Part shown: piece after piece, positions 18,124-28,594 of the stretch
Numbering within the stretch: position 1 is the first letter of the stretch
Layout of the letters: each line of letters starts with the position of its first letter
IMG/VR virus record: IMGVR_UViG_3300048599_000894
Coordinates: 1 to 47,294 of that record
DNA: 47,294 nucleotides
Direction: 5' to 3' (one strand)
From: a virus
Lineage: Duplodnaviria > Caudoviricetes
Position numbers and translations under genes: made by a program
Notes under the pieces: generated by a model
What the model was told of the DNA's origin: nothing
Database searches by the model: none
Seen by the model: the letters and a program-made list of their open reading frames with translations, nothing else

Positions 18124-19106
18124 ACGAAAAACAAATCTACTGCACCGTTGAAGACTTGGTAAAAGATCTGAATTTAAGCGGCGATGATGACAAAATGAAC
18201 GCGCTGCGGTATATCCGCTCGGCTTCTGCCATGATTGCGCGAAAAATTGGAAATTTTATCCCAAAAGTTGAAACGCGCCGTTTTCAGTCACCAAAACGGG
18301 GCAGAGATTTGTATGTTTCGTCGTTGTTATCCGTTACAACCATCCTCAATGATGGCGTTGCGGTCACAGATTACGATCTGCACCCCTATAACCGTTATTG
18401 GCCGGATGGGCCCTATACCCGCATCTATACTGAGCAAGTCAATTGGGATGATCGAGACATCCTCATTACTGGTAAATTTGGACTGTTTGACTACAAAGAG
18501 GCCCTTGGATTATCGGTAACGCAAACAGATTCGGCCTCCACGATTGCGGTAACAAATGGTAGCTTGCTCAGTATAGGGGGGGTGTTGGCAGTTGAGGATG
18601 AACAAGAATTTGTCGGCGGTTATGGATCAACGACCGCTCTTACCAGCAAATTGGCAGGAGCTATTGACGCCGCTCAGGCAACAATCATTATCGACAATGG
18701 CGCGGAAGTTAACCGGGGGGAGGTGATCCAGCTCTCGACAGAACGTATGCGGATTTTGGCGATTAGCGGAAATAATCTTGTGGTTGCGCGTGGCTATGAA
18801 GGCACGCTGAAGCAATCTCATTTGGATGATGCTGATATCAGTGTCCAGCGCACTTACTCAGTAGAGCGGGGGGTAAATGGGACAACGGCAGCCGCTCATG
18901 ACAACAAAACCGTTTACCAGTACCTCGCCCCTTATGATGTCAACTGGCTTTGCCGAGAAATTGCCGGTTTGATGTACAACAAGGCAAAAACTGGCTTTAG
19001 TGGCCGGTCTGGAAATGCTGAAACCGGGGAAACGTTTTATTACAACGAATTCCCGAATGACCCAATCAAAAAGGTTGGAGAAAATTACCGGATCGTGGAA
19101 TTATGA
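18120..19106 (+). CDS. Head-tail adaptor with inserted beta domains
   Basis: YCTVEDLV..IRSASAMI N-terminus and PYDVNWLCREIA C-terminus are adaptor-like; internal RGxxGT..H repeats. Confidence 0.7.
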   Translation: MNEKQIYCTVEDLVKDLNLSGDDDKMNALRYIRSASAMIARKIGNFIPKVETRRFQSPKRGRDLYVSSLLSVTTILNDGVAVTDYDLHPYNRYWPDGPYTRIYTEQVNWDDRDILITGKFGLFDYKEALGLSVTQTDSASTIAVTNGSLLSIGGVLAVEDEQEFVGGYGSTTALTSKLAGAIDAAQATIIIDNGAEVNRGEVIQLSTERMRILAISGNNLVVARGYEGTLKQSHLDDADISVQRTYSVERGVNGTTAAAHDNKTVYQYLAPYDVNWLCREIAGLMYNKAKTGFSGRSGNAETGETFYYNEFPNDPIKKVGENYRIVEL

Positions 19107-19612
19107 GTTTTGAATTTGACGTGCGCGGATTGGAAGAACAGCTCGGCAGGCTGAAAAATTACGATGAAATTGCAAATCGTAATTTTCGGAAAGCGATGCA
19201 GAGCAGTTTAATTACGATCCAGGGCAATGTCATGCCGCTTGTGCCTGTTTTTCAGGGACGGCTAAAAAACTCGTTAGGTTCTAACATTGTTGAAATTACA
19301 CCAACTGAGTTAACTGGGACATTTGGGACATCGCTTAAGTCAGAAACTTACCCTATTGTGATGGAGTTTGGTCAAGAACCTGGCATCATGCCAAACCCGG
19401 AAAGTCTATTGCGTTGGGTGCATCTGAAAATCAGACCTGGGGCAAAAAACGAAATGAGCGTTGCCTGGGCAGTTGCAACAAAAATATACAAAGGCGGTAT
19501 CAGAGGGCGTAAATATATGTCAACCGGTTTCCAAAAATCGCGCGAATCGATTGAGCGGTATTTTAAGCAGGCCGCCGACCAGACTGCTGAGGATTTAACC
19601 AATGGGCGCTGA
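19103..19612 (+). CDS. HK97 gp10-like neck protein
   Basis: VPVFQGRLKNS, YPIVMEFG, GRKYM. Confidence 0.75.
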   Translation: MSFEFDVRGLEEQLGRLKNYDEIANRNFRKAMQSSLITIQGNVMPLVPVFQGRLKNSLGSNIVEITPTELTGTFGTSLKSETYPIVMEFGQEPGIMPNPESLLRWVHLKIRPGAKNEMSVAWAVATKIYKGGIRGRKYMSTGFQKSRESIERYFKQAADQTAEDLTNGR

Positions 19613-20060
19613 GACCTGGATTGACGATATTACATATTTATGGGCAGCGATTTCCGATTTTCGCGGCAGTAATGTGCATTCTTATAAGGTTTTCAAAAAA
19701 GAGGAATTCCCGGAATCGATTACCGAAGTCCCAGCCGCAATCACCTATATTACCTCTTTGCCGGTTATACAGTATTCTGCTGGCGGCCCGTCAATTTTAA
19801 TTTATTCCGGCGTGACGGAATTCCACTTAACTCAAAGTGTGGCAAAAAATCAATACCCCTACGTGATGCGATTTTATGACCCGATTATTCAGGCAGCGGC
19901 CGCGCACGTCACGCTTTTCGGCAAAGTCAGTCATTTTGTTTTGACCGGTGAGCCGCCAATTCGGCCCGGAATTTTACAGTATGGTTCGGAAAGTCCGCAT
20001 CTTGGCATAGTGGTAAATTGGCAGGTCAAGGAAACGCCGGCCATTACCGTGGAGGCTTAA
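19602..20060 (+). CDS. Putative tail terminator
   Basis: Position before the major tail gene; size. Confidence 0.6.
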   Translation: MGAETWIDDITYLWAAISDFRGSNVHSYKVFKKEEFPESITEVPAAITYITSLPVIQYSAGGPSILIYSGVTEFHLTQSVAKNQYPYVMRFYDPIIQAAAAHVTLFGKVSHFVLTGEPPIRPGILQYGSESPHLGIVVNWQVKETPAITVEA

Positions 20061-20062
20061 TC

Positions 20063-21073
20063 ATGGGTACATCAACTCTAAGAAAAATGCAGTACGGCAA
20101 GGAAACTACGCATGGTACAGCGGTTGCCGCAAATACGTTGCTGCCGATTGCCGTACAGCAAATAAAAGACGACCGCAAGCCGACTTACCCGCGCGAAAAC
20201 GTTGGCGTTTTGGCAAACGCTTCGCGCAGCTATATTTCGGGTCGGATCGTCAAAGACACACTCAAGTGGGATAGCGCTTTTTACCAGCTTCTCCCCCTCA
20301 TACTGAGCTGCGGTGTCAAAGGCGGTTTAACTCCGTCAGAAGTCAATGTCGGTCAGGGAGATTACTCCTGGGCGTTTTCGCCGGCATGGGACGGGACCAG
20401 CAATGCGCAAAACAGTATCACCCTAGAACGAGGCGACAATGATTTTATGGTCGAGACAGAATATGTTATGTTTGACTCGATCAAAATCAGCGGCGAAATG
20501 AACCAGGACGGCGGCGATTCTACTGAAAGCATTGAAGTTAGTTATTTCGGCCGGCAGAACACGGTTACTTCTTTCACGGGCGGTTTGAGCATTCCAGTTT
20601 TGACGCCGATTAACGCAAAGTTGACCAAACTGTACATTGATTCGGCTTGGGCGGATGTAGGCGACACCGAAAAAACGCTCACTTTGCGGTCATATGACGT
20701 TGAAATTCAGACTGGCCTACATCCGAAGTTTCACGGCAGCGGTCAAGAAACTTTCGACAATCACGGCGAAGGCCCCATGTCAATCATGGCTTCTTTTGTT
20801 TTTGAGGGTAACGCCAACGCAGAAGCTATTTACACTGCCAGAGATGCGCAAGCCTTGCAGGTGATTCGTCTGGCGACGACTGGCCCACAAATTGGATCAG
20901 GCGCAAACCACAGCCGTACTCTTGATTTTTCCGGCACGTGGAGCAGCGTGATCCCGCTTTCATCCGAATCCAATGGCAATAATCTTTGGGCGGCAGTCCT
21001 GCAAGGGTTTTACGATCCGACTGGTGCAAAAATGTTTGATATTTCCGTAGTCACGAACAAGAGCGCAATCTAA
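20063..21073 (+). CDS. Major tail tube protein
   Basis: GGAGG RBS at this ATG; QYGKETTHGTAV start; position. Confidence 0.8.
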   Translation: MGTSTLRKMQYGKETTHGTAVAANTLLPIAVQQIKDDRKPTYPRENVGVLANASRSYISGRIVKDTLKWDSAFYQLLPLILSCGVKGGLTPSEVNVGQGDYSWAFSPAWDGTSNAQNSITLERGDNDFMVETEYVMFDSIKISGEMNQDGGDSTESIEVSYFGRQNTVTSFTGGLSIPVLTPINAKLTKLYIDSAWADVGDTEKTLTLRSYDVEIQTGLHPKFHGSGQETFDNHGEGPMSIMASFVFEGNANAEAIYTARDAQALQVIRLATTGPQIGSGANHSRTLDFSGTWSSVIPLSSESNGNNLWAAVLQGFYDPTGAKMFDISVVTNKSAI

Positions 21074-21641
21074 TGAACTTTGATGTCCCCAAAATTACCC
21101 GCCCGTTGCTACTGAGAAATTACGCGCCAGAATTTCCTGCGGATGCGCTTTTGCAAGTTTGGGTGAACCCGCCGCGGAGAATCTTGGAAGTAATCAACGA
21201 AATTGGATCATCCGAACAGCCAGACGCAGAAAAATCGGTGATCCTTTACGCCGAGCTTTGGGGAATCAGCCGGGAAGAACTGCTTAAATTCGTGAATACT
21301 TTCGCGGAAACTGATCCGAGTTTGGTTCCGTGGTGCATGGCTCAAACGGTGTTCATGATTTCCGAACATCGCAACCGGCTAAAAAAAAATTGGATGACGC
21401 CGCTTTTTCCGTGGCGAAGCGAGGAAAAACAGAACTATCCGAACTGAACGACATATTTTTGGCGCATGAACTGAACAGTATTTTGGGAGGGCCATTTTTG
21501 ACCCCGTGGGATGTGCGCAACTTGCCAGAAAGTGAGCTCCTCCCCATACTGAGTATGCGCAAAGTCGCAGAAATCAAAGATAACTTGCAAAAGGTTGACG
21601 CTGAATTTGCAGCGTGGAGAAACAACAATGCCAGAAAGTAA
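21073..21641 (+). CDS. Tail assembly chaperone pair (21073-21447 plus -1 frameshift extension to 21641)
   Basis: A9 run at 21381-21389; overlapping -1 frame ORF ends at the TMP start. Confidence 0.75.
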
Positions 21642-22947
21642 CATCGATATCATTATCAAGTCAAAACAGGAAGGTAACGGCGCTGAAACTACGATTGAAG
21701 ACCTGCAAAACATGAGTCAGGGTTTGACAAATGTTGAAAAGGCCATGGCCGGAACGCGCAGCACCATTGCTGGGCTTGATAGTGATATCAAAGTTTTTGG
21801 CACAAATTTAGGGTCAACCGCCGATCTTTTGGGGGGAATGGGTATCAGCATTCCGGTTACTCCCATGCAGTTATTTGGTCAGGCGCTTGCTACCGCGAAA
21901 AATTTTATTGATGGATCAATTGAATCATATTCTCAGTATGTGGACGAGATGGATAAACTTGCCCAATTTACGGGGATGACAATTGAAGAAAGCAGCCGGT
22001 TATATCAGGTATCAGACGATTTGCGCATCAATACCAACTCATTGGAGCTGGCTCTGCGAACCATGGCTCAAAATGGATTAATTCCAAGCATCGAAGGTCT
22101 GGCACAATTATCTGACCAGTACACCGCGATTCAAGATCCTGTTACCCAGGCGCAATTTTTGATTGATCAATTTGGAAGCCGGGCTGGCGCAGAAATGGCC
22201 CGCATGATGGGTATTGGTGGAGATGCAATTCGCACTGCTGCGGCCGGCATTGATGATTACATGGTTGTCACAGGAAAATCAAGAGATGAAGTAGATCAAT
22301 ACCTGCAAACACAGGACAAATGGGAAGAAACGCTCGGGCAAATAAATTACATGCTGGCAACAGCGTTTTTACCGGTGTTGACCGATCTTTTGAATTTGAT
22401 CATGGACACCGACGAAGAAAATCAGAATGGTGTTGCGCAATGGATGCGTTATATTCCGGTGCTTTCCCAAGTGCGCGAGGCTTTTATTTTTGTCCGGCAA
22501 GTTATGGGGCTGGGAACCGATGACATTGATACTCAAGCCAACGCAATCAACAGCACTGCTAACGCATGGGACAATGCCACAAACGCGGCAAAAACCTATA
22601 ACGGTTATGTTTCCGGTACTCGCGGGAATCTATCTGACCGGCCAGGATATGGCAGTATCTACGATGAGGGATACGTACACCCAACTTATTCCGCACCAAC
22701 TGGCAGCGGTCGCGCCCAAGGCGGGGAAGTATTTCCGGGCGTGAGTTATCCGGTAGGTGAGCGGCAGGTAGAAATGTTTACCCCCTCAGTGCCTGGATAT
22801 ATTTCACCCAGCGCGCAACCACAGCAAAACATTATTTTTAACTATCAGCCGGCCGTCAGTTTAGCCGATGAAGCCGAAGCGCAACGTGTTTTGACTCCGT
22901 ACATCATGGAGGCTTTGCGCAGCAAGGGGCTGAGTTATGGCTACTGA
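21628..22947 (+). CDS. Tape measure protein (short)
   Basis: GGAG RBS; helical; C-terminal RAQGG..YPVGE..EMFTP motif. Confidence 0.82.
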   Translation: MPESNIDIIIKSKQEGNGAETTIEDLQNMSQGLTNVEKAMAGTRSTIAGLDSDIKVFGTNLGSTADLLGGMGISIPVTPMQLFGQALATAKNFIDGSIESYSQYVDEMDKLAQFTGMTIEESSRLYQVSDDLRINTNSLELALRTMAQNGLIPSIEGLAQLSDQYTAIQDPVTQAQFLIDQFGSRAGAEMARMMGIGGDAIRTAAAGIDDYMVVTGKSRDEVDQYLQTQDKWEETLGQINYMLATAFLPVLTDLLNLIMDTDEENQNGVAQWMRYIPVLSQVREAFIFVRQVMGLGTDDIDTQANAINSTANAWDNATNAAKTYNGYVSGTRGNLSDRPGYGSIYDEGYVHPTYSAPTGSGRAQGGEVFPGVSYPVGERQVEMFTPSVPGYISPSAQPQQNIIFNYQPAVSLADEAEAQRVLTPYIMEALRSKGLSYGY

Positions 22948-24442
22948 TCTGTACGGTACGCAACTATACGGTCAAGGCATTTACGGCCAACCGGTTACAA
23001 CTTCTCAGCTCTGGGCGCTAGAAATTGATTGGGACGGTGATAATCGACTTACTGGAACCAATGAAGCTGCTTTGATGATTGATGCAACTGTAAGCCGCGG
23101 CAGAAAATATCTGCTTAACTCATCGTCAAACGGATTCGAACCGGTCGAAATGGGTTATTTGACAGTGACTTTAGACAATGACGACGACCGATATACTCCG
23201 CTTAATGTACTGAGCGAATTATACCCAAACGTCCGGCCAGGCGTAAAAGTTGCGCTGCAAACCCGCGCGGGCGCGTCTGGTACAAAATACCCAGTATTCA
23301 CCGGGCGGATTGACGATATTCAACCATCTTCAAACACTCAGCCTAAAAATGTGCGTATATCCATAGTTGACGGTCATAAGTGGTTAAAAGACCAAGATAT
23401 TACCATAGATATACAAGAAAATATCAGTATCGATGACGCTATCTCCCTCATACTGAGCAACGCCGAATACCCATATCCAACATCAATCGAGGCATCCAGT
23501 GATAATTTGCGCTATTGGTGGGTAGATGAAAAAAACGCACGTAACGCGATTCAAGAATTAATCGATGTCAATCTTGGAACGTTTTTTGTTGCCGCAGATG
23601 GAACCGGTAAATTCTATGCGCGTAGTCACTATGCCGCTGATGTTTTGACATTTACGCAAGGCGATTTAAATAAAGATATATCCACGCGTCAACCGTGGGA
23701 AGTCATCAAAAATGTAATTAAGATTACAGGTTATCCGCGCACGCAAACAGCAACAGCAGATTTGTGGCAATTATCTGATACGCCATATGTTGGAGCCGGG
23801 GAAGATCTTGAAATTTGGGCCAGTTACAACAATCCGGCAATCAATATCATTACGCCAGTAGCGACCACAGATTTTACAGTCAACACGCTTTCGACGGGCA
23901 GCGGAACAGATTTAACTGCGAGCTGCACGGTCAGCATTGAAACCTATGCAAAATCGGCAAAAATAACCTTGCATAATGGCGCTGCTCAGCCTGGGTATGT
24001 AACGCTTCTAAAAATTCGGGGAGATGCAATTGTTTCACCTTCGCCAGTACAGGCCCAGGCAACAGACGATACCAGCAAGGCACTTTATGGCCCGAAGAAA
24101 TTTAGCATTGATTCTGACTGGCTGCAAGATACCAATTTCATTGTTGATATGGCGAATTCGCTAATTCAAAATTTGGTTAATTCACAAATTTACCCAACGA
24201 TTACTTTGCAGCATCGTTCAGATGTTCAGTTTTCTCTGGATTTATTTGACATCATTACCTTGATTGTCAATAAATATTCGATCAATGGGAGTTACCAGGT
24301 TAGTTACATTGAACATAAATGGTTAACCGATAATGGGCAAGATGTTAAAACCGTGCTGCGGCTTGAGCCGGTGAGCTTGCTCTCTACTGAGCGCTGGCAA
24401 TTTACGACTGAGATTGGATTAACCAGCCGGTTTAGCTTCTAA
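22937..24442 (+). CDS. Tail tip/hub protein
   Basis: Follows TMP; VFTGRIDD, GTFFVAADG. Confidence 0.75.
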   Translation: MATDLYGTQLYGQGIYGQPVTTSQLWALEIDWDGDNRLTGTNEAALMIDATVSRGRKYLLNSSSNGFEPVEMGYLTVTLDNDDDRYTPLNVLSELYPNVRPGVKVALQTRAGASGTKYPVFTGRIDDIQPSSNTQPKNVRISIVDGHKWLKDQDITIDIQENISIDDAISLILSNAEYPYPTSIEASSDNLRYWWVDEKNARNAIQELIDVNLGTFFVAADGTGKFYARSHYAADVLTFTQGDLNKDISTRQPWEVIKNVIKITGYPRTQTATADLWQLSDTPYVGAGEDLEIWASYNNPAINIITPVATTDFTVNTLSTGSGTDLTASCTVSIETYAKSAKITLHNGAAQPGYVTLLKIRGDAIVSPSPVQAQATDDTSKALYGPKKFSIDSDWLQDTNFIVDMANSLIQNLVNSQIYPTITLQHRSDVQFSLDLFDIITLIVNKYSINGSYQVSYIEHKWLTDNGQDVKTVLRLEPVSLLSTERWQFTTEIGLTSRFSF

Positions 24443-24451
24443 GGTGAAAAA

Positions 24452-24808
24452 ATGGCAGAGATTATTACGGCACTAACTATTGCAAAACGGGACGGATGTT
24501 TGACATCTCGTGAATGGATTGAAAAAGCCGCAAAACGGTTTAACAAAAAAGTTGACTTGAAAAAAATTTCCGGCGAACTTATTGCAGCGCGGATCGATTT
24601 CGGTCGCTGGGTTTGTGATTGCGAATGCGGCGGCGCTGAATACGTTGACCCGGCTGACCCGGTATTTTACTGCATGAGCTGCGGAAATACTCAGTATGGG
24701 GGGGTATTGCGGCCGGTCGTGTTTCCCGAAAACCGTGAAGAAATTGAAGCGCCGATTGTGGCCGGAAAATATCATAGCTGGAAACCAGAGGTGACCAATG
24801 GCCTATAA
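24452..24808 (+). CDS. Zn-binding protein in the tail module
   Basis: CDCECGG..CMSCG. Confidence 0.6.
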   Translation: MAEIITALTIAKRDGCLTSREWIEKAAKRFNKKVDLKKISGELIAARIDFGRWVCDCECGGAEYVDPADPVFYCMSCGNTQYGGVLRPVVFPENREEIEAPIVAGKYHSWKPEVTNGL

Positions 24809-25433
24809 CCCTGTTCCGACCGTTGCGACCGGTGATTTATGGACGGCCAGCAACCATAATACCTATATCCGCGACAACTTTGCGGCCGGCGTACCGGATA
24901 TTTTTACCGCGGCCGGCGATTTAGCAATTGCTTCGGGCGCAAATGCGGCGACAAATTTACCAATTGGTTCCAGCGGTCAGGTTTTGCAGGTTATTGCTGG
25001 TTTACCTGCATGGAATGGTGCTGATGGTTGTTTAGTAAGAAAATCAACTGCTCAGTCTATTTCAAATAATGTTTTACCAACAGCAATTTCGTCTTTTGAC
25101 ATTGAGTCATGGGATTATAACAGCTATCACTCTGGATCAGATGGTTATATAACAGTACCCGAAACTGGAATTTATACGGTTCAAGTTGGTGCTTTTTTTA
25201 CTGGACATGCAACCGTTGGAACAAAACGAGCAATATATGTTGGGACACCAACTTTAAGTTATTACTCAGTAAATAGTTATTCTCAGCCAGATGGTAGTTA
25301 TCAGGTTGACATGATTGCTTCATTTACGGGTCTATTTAATGCTGGTCAACAACTTACATGTCTTGTCGCTCAATTAAGTGGATCAGCAATTAATATTAAT
25401 GCCCCATATTTGACAATTGCAAGAATCAAATAA
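24798..25433 (+). CDS. Tail fibre with C1q/TNF-like C-terminal domain
   Basis: LPIGSSGQVL fibre motif; FDxExWD..YITVPETGIY. Confidence 0.7.
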   Translation: MAYNPVPTVATGDLWTASNHNTYIRDNFAAGVPDIFTAAGDLAIASGANAATNLPIGSSGQVLQVIAGLPAWNGADGCLVRKSTAQSISNNVLPTAISSFDIESWDYNSYHSGSDGYITVPETGIYTVQVGAFFTGHATVGTKRAIYVGTPTLSYYSVNSYSQPDGSYQVDMIASFTGLFNAGQQLTCLVAQLSGSAININAPYLTIARIK

Positions 25434-25447
25434 TTTTAAGGTGAATT

Positions 25448-26290
25448 ATGGCTTACCCAACATCACTTGACAGTTTTACCCACAAAGTTAATGACTTTGA
25501 TACTTTCATGGCTGAGGATGTGAATGAATTGCAGGATGCCATTGAAGCTATTGAAGCCGAATTGGGAACAACGCCGAAAGGAAGCAGCGCGGATGTGGCT
25601 GCCCGATTTGCAGCGCTTGATACCTTGCTTGGGTCAAACCCGCAAAGTATTTACGCTGATTTAGCTGCCAGGCTAACCGGGTATGATAGCGGGTGGATCA
25701 ATTTGCCTACCTGTACTTATGTCTCAGCGACTAGCTTTACTTTAACGGGTGATTGGACGACAAAGCTTAAATTAGGCGTGTATTGGGGTGGATATAACGG
25801 CAGCCAAAAATACGGTTACGTTTTGTCCAGCACGTACTCGGCGGGCACTGGTTTGACTACGGTCAACCTGGTGGCTAATACCAGTTATAGTCTGGCAAAT
25901 GCAGCAATCACGGGATCAAAATTCGCGTACAGTCCGCCGCCGGATTTTAAAAATTGGATGTCATACGCGGCCGTTCTTTATGTTGATTCAGGTACTTTTA
26001 CCAGTGCATCGGCAACCGGAAAATTTAAAGTGCATGGTAAAACATGTGAGGTTGCCCTGTCTGCGTCAGTCGTAACAAACGGAACAGCGGTTGGGCTAAA
26101 AATATCTGTTCCTTTTACAAGTGCCGGAGTGTTTATTTTTAACGGTCGCGAGAACCAGATAACCGGAGTTACTCTGCAAGGAATTTTATCCAACGGGTCA
26201 GATAGGATATCGATTTACAATTATGCTGGTAGCAACATAAATGCGAATGGTGTGACAGTCTACATGAATGGGTTTTTTGAAATAGCGTAA
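25448..26290 (+). CDS. Tail fibre / receptor-binding protein
   Basis: AEDVNELQDAIEAIE anchor; beta-rich C-terminus homologous to 42218-42955. Confidence 0.75.
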   Translation: MAYPTSLDSFTHKVNDFDTFMAEDVNELQDAIEAIEAELGTTPKGSSADVAARFAALDTLLGSNPQSIYADLAARLTGYDSGWINLPTCTYVSATSFTLTGDWTTKLKLGVYWGGYNGSQKYGYVLSSTYSAGTGLTTVNLVANTSYSLANAAITGSKFAYSPPPDFKNWMSYAAVLYVDSGTFTSASATGKFKVHGKTCEVALSASVVTNGTAVGLKISVPFTSAGVFIFNGRENQITGVTLQGILSNGSDRISIYNYAGSNINANGVTVYMNGFFEIA

Positions 26291-26371
26291 GAAAATCTTG
26301 GCAAGAGGATCGTACGCAATTTAACCCGATTTTCGCCGTTGGATATCAGCAGGAAAAATTACAGGTGACTT

Positions 26372-27319
26372 ATGAAATTAATTGTCGATGCAGCTTACCA
26401 CCAGGACAAAATTGATTTTGGTCTTTTGAGACCATTTGTTGACGGTTTTATTTTCCGCGCAAACTACGGGACGTTCGCAGACCCTAAATTTGTAGAACAT
26501 GTCAACCGTGCTGTTGACGCTGGATTTAAGCACATTGGCCTATATAGCTTCCTGCGGCCAGACCAGGATATCAAAGCTCAGATTGACGTGATGCGCGGAC
26601 AGTATAACAAGGTCCCGTTCATTCGTTTCACGTCCAGCGACCAGGAACAGCACGGTCATACCTATCTGAACTTACCGCCGTACTACTCGCCAGATAAATT
26701 ATCCAGCCTGGGGCACCAGCACATTGAGGCGCTGGCTACACTGGGCCTGCGTCAGTCAATCTATACCCGCACAACCTGGGTGGATAGCTACGCAAAGCCG
26801 GCTTACAAGTGGATGCAGGATTATACCGTCTGGCTGGCAAGCTGGCCCTACAAGACCGGTGTTGTCTATACTGACTGGCAAACGCTGATAGATGTATATG
26901 CGCCGAAAGCGTTTGCGCCTTACCGCACGGCTGAATCAAAAAAATACGCGCTGAACGTTGGCTTGTGGCAGTGGTCGGGTGATAAATTTACGCTTCCGGG
27001 AATCTACGGGGCGGGCGGCAAGCTATCGGCGGTTGATCTCAATTTTGTAAGTGATGATATTTTTTCGCTCATGGAAACCGGAACGTACTCCCCCCCTCCT
27101 ACTGAGGAAGCGCATGAAATTTGGAAAAATAATTTGGCTGTTCTCAGTATGGTGGTGAGAGACGCACCTACTACAAAAGGCACCGATACCAAAGAGCGGA
27201 TAAAACTCGGCCAAACTTTTCCGGTCTATGAAAAGAAAACAGCGGATGGTTACACTTGGGGCAGGATCGACCCCACCGTCAGCAAGTGGGTTGCGCTCAA
27301 GTGGTCTGCAAAGGTATAG
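26372..27319 (+). CDS. Endolysin, GH25 muramidase plus SH3-like domain
   Basis: D..HQ..IDF, DQE, IYT, VWLASW, LWQWS, VDLN; VRDAP..GYTWG..WV. Confidence 0.85.
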   Translation: MKLIVDAAYHQDKIDFGLLRPFVDGFIFRANYGTFADPKFVEHVNRAVDAGFKHIGLYSFLRPDQDIKAQIDVMRGQYNKVPFIRFTSSDQEQHGHTYLNLPPYYSPDKLSSLGHQHIEALATLGLRQSIYTRTTWVDSYAKPAYKWMQDYTVWLASWPYKTGVVYTDWQTLIDVYAPKAFAPYRTAESKKYALNVGLWQWSGDKFTLPGIYGAGGKLSAVDLNFVSDDIFSLMETGTYSPPPTEEAHEIWKNNLAVLSMVVRDAPTTKGTDTKERIKLGQTFPVYEKKTADGYTWGRIDPTVSKWVALKWSAKV

Positions 27320-27327
27320 GGGGGAAC

Positions 27328-27645
27328 ATGGCTCAAATAACCAACGCACAAATTTACGACGAACTGGCGAAGCTAACGCAGACAATTGGCGCGTTTGATG
27401 CGTTGGCTCAACGTGTTGAAGAACACGAACATTTCATCAATGGAAATGGTAAGCCCGGCCAGAAAGTGCTGAACAACCAGTTCGATGAACGGTTAAAAAC
27501 AATGGCAAATAACATTGAGCGCCTTGAAAAGACAGTTGAAGGCATGCAGGAAATGATCAAGAAATTTACGATTGGCGTTGCAACTGCCGGGCTGGTGTGG
27601 ATTTTATTTACCGTATTGCCGGATTTGATCAAATTGATTCCATAA
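27328..27645 (+). CDS. Coiled-coil plus C-terminal TM protein (lysis accessory)
   Basis: G-rich RBS; lies between lysin and holin. Confidence 0.65.
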   Translation: MAQITNAQIYDELAKLTQTIGAFDALAQRVEEHEHFINGNGKPGQKVLNNQFDERLKTMANNIERLEKTVEGMQEMIKKFTIGVATAGLVWILFTVLPDLIKLIP

Positions 27646-27653
27646 GGAGAAAC

Positions 27654-28010
27654 ATGATGAATATTGAATTGTTTTTAGATGCCGCTGTTAGCGGTGTGCC
27701 CCTGCTGTTTGTGGTATGGGGCGTTGTGCAGATTTTCAAGCTGTTCAAACGGCCGGATGGAAAGCCGCTTTTCAGCGGCAATCTGCTGTTAATTCTGTCA
27801 TTCGCCTGGGGCCTGCTGATTGGCAGCGGATATATGATCTTCATGACGCGCCCGCCGATTTCTGCCGATTGGTGGCCGGTGTATGGATACTGGTTTGGTG
27901 TATTGATCTACGGGATTTCCCTAGGCATACTGGCTGCGGTGTTCTGGGAGGCGCTCAAAGCGATTGTTGATAAGGCGGTGGCGAAGCTGATCGAGAAAGC
28001 GCAAGTGTAA
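27654..28010 (+). CDS. Putative holin (3 TM)
   Basis: AAGGAG RBS; three hydrophobic helices; charged C-terminus. Confidence 0.7.
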   Translation: MMNIELFLDAAVSGVPLLFVVWGVVQIFKLFKRPDGKPLFSGNLLLILSFAWGLLIGSGYMIFMTRPPISADWWPVYGYWFGVLIYGISLGILAAVFWEALKAIVDKAVAKLIEKAQV

Positions 28011-28012
28011 TG

Positions 28013-28041
28013 AAAAAAAGCCCCAGTAATTGGGGCTTTTT
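28013..28041. terminator. Bidirectional intrinsic terminator
   Basis: A7-GCCCCA-GTAAT-TGGGGC-T5 between convergent genes. Confidence 0.9.
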
Positions 28042-28045
28042 AGAT

Positions 28046-28519
28046 TTATTGTTTCCGCGGCCGTCCGCCCAGCTTTCCGTTTTCGCGCACCGCCGCCGCC
28101 TTGCGCGCGCTGGTTGCCTTACCGCCCTTGCGGCCCATCATTCGCGCCGCCGCCCGTCTGGCCTCTGCCTCCTCGCGGATTTCCGCAAGCTCCATTTTTG
28201 CGGCGCGGCGTTCGTCTTCCATGTCCATTCCGCAAATCGCGGTAACAATGCGATCCTGCACCTCGTCCTTGTCCAGGTCGTACTCCTCGACTAGTTCCGC
28301 GACCTCGTCCTCGGTCGCCTGCATCCCCTTGATGTACTCGACCCACCAGTCGTATGAGGCCTGGTCCGCCGCGTACAGGTCCTCGTCTCCGACCTGCACA
28401 AACTGTCCGTTGGTCAGCTCGCCGACGTTTCCCATCAGGTCGTGGATCCAGTTGATGCCGTTCTTATCGATGACGTTGAGTTCTTTAATCTCGCCGGTTT
28501 CGTTGATTTTTACCTTCAT
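28046..28519 (-). CDS. Acidic protein with basic KGG/AT-hook-like C-terminal tail
   Basis: AAGGAG RBS; D/E-rich body; GRKGGKATS..ENGKLGGRPRK. Confidence 0.8.
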   Translation of the reverse strand: MKVKINETGEIKELNVIDKNGINWIHDLMGNVGELTNGQFVQVGDEDLYAADQASYDWWVEYIKGMQATEDEVAELVEEYDLDKDEVQDRIVTAICGMDMEDERRAAKMELAEIREEAEARRAAARMMGRKGGKATSARKAAAVRENGKLGGRPRKQ

Positions 28520-28535
28520 GGTTTTCTCCTTTTTT

Positions 28536-28588
28536 CGCTCATTCAGGCCGGGCCGATTTCCCGACGACGCCCTTGCGGGCGTTTCGCG
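28536..28588 (-). ncRNA. Hammerhead ribozyme, type II, core-insertion variant (copy A)
   Basis: CGC-GAAAC-GCCC-GCAA-GGGC-GUC / GUCGGG-AAAUCGG-CCCGGC-CUGAAUGA-GCG. Confidence 0.85.
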
Positions 28589-28594
28589 TACTGG

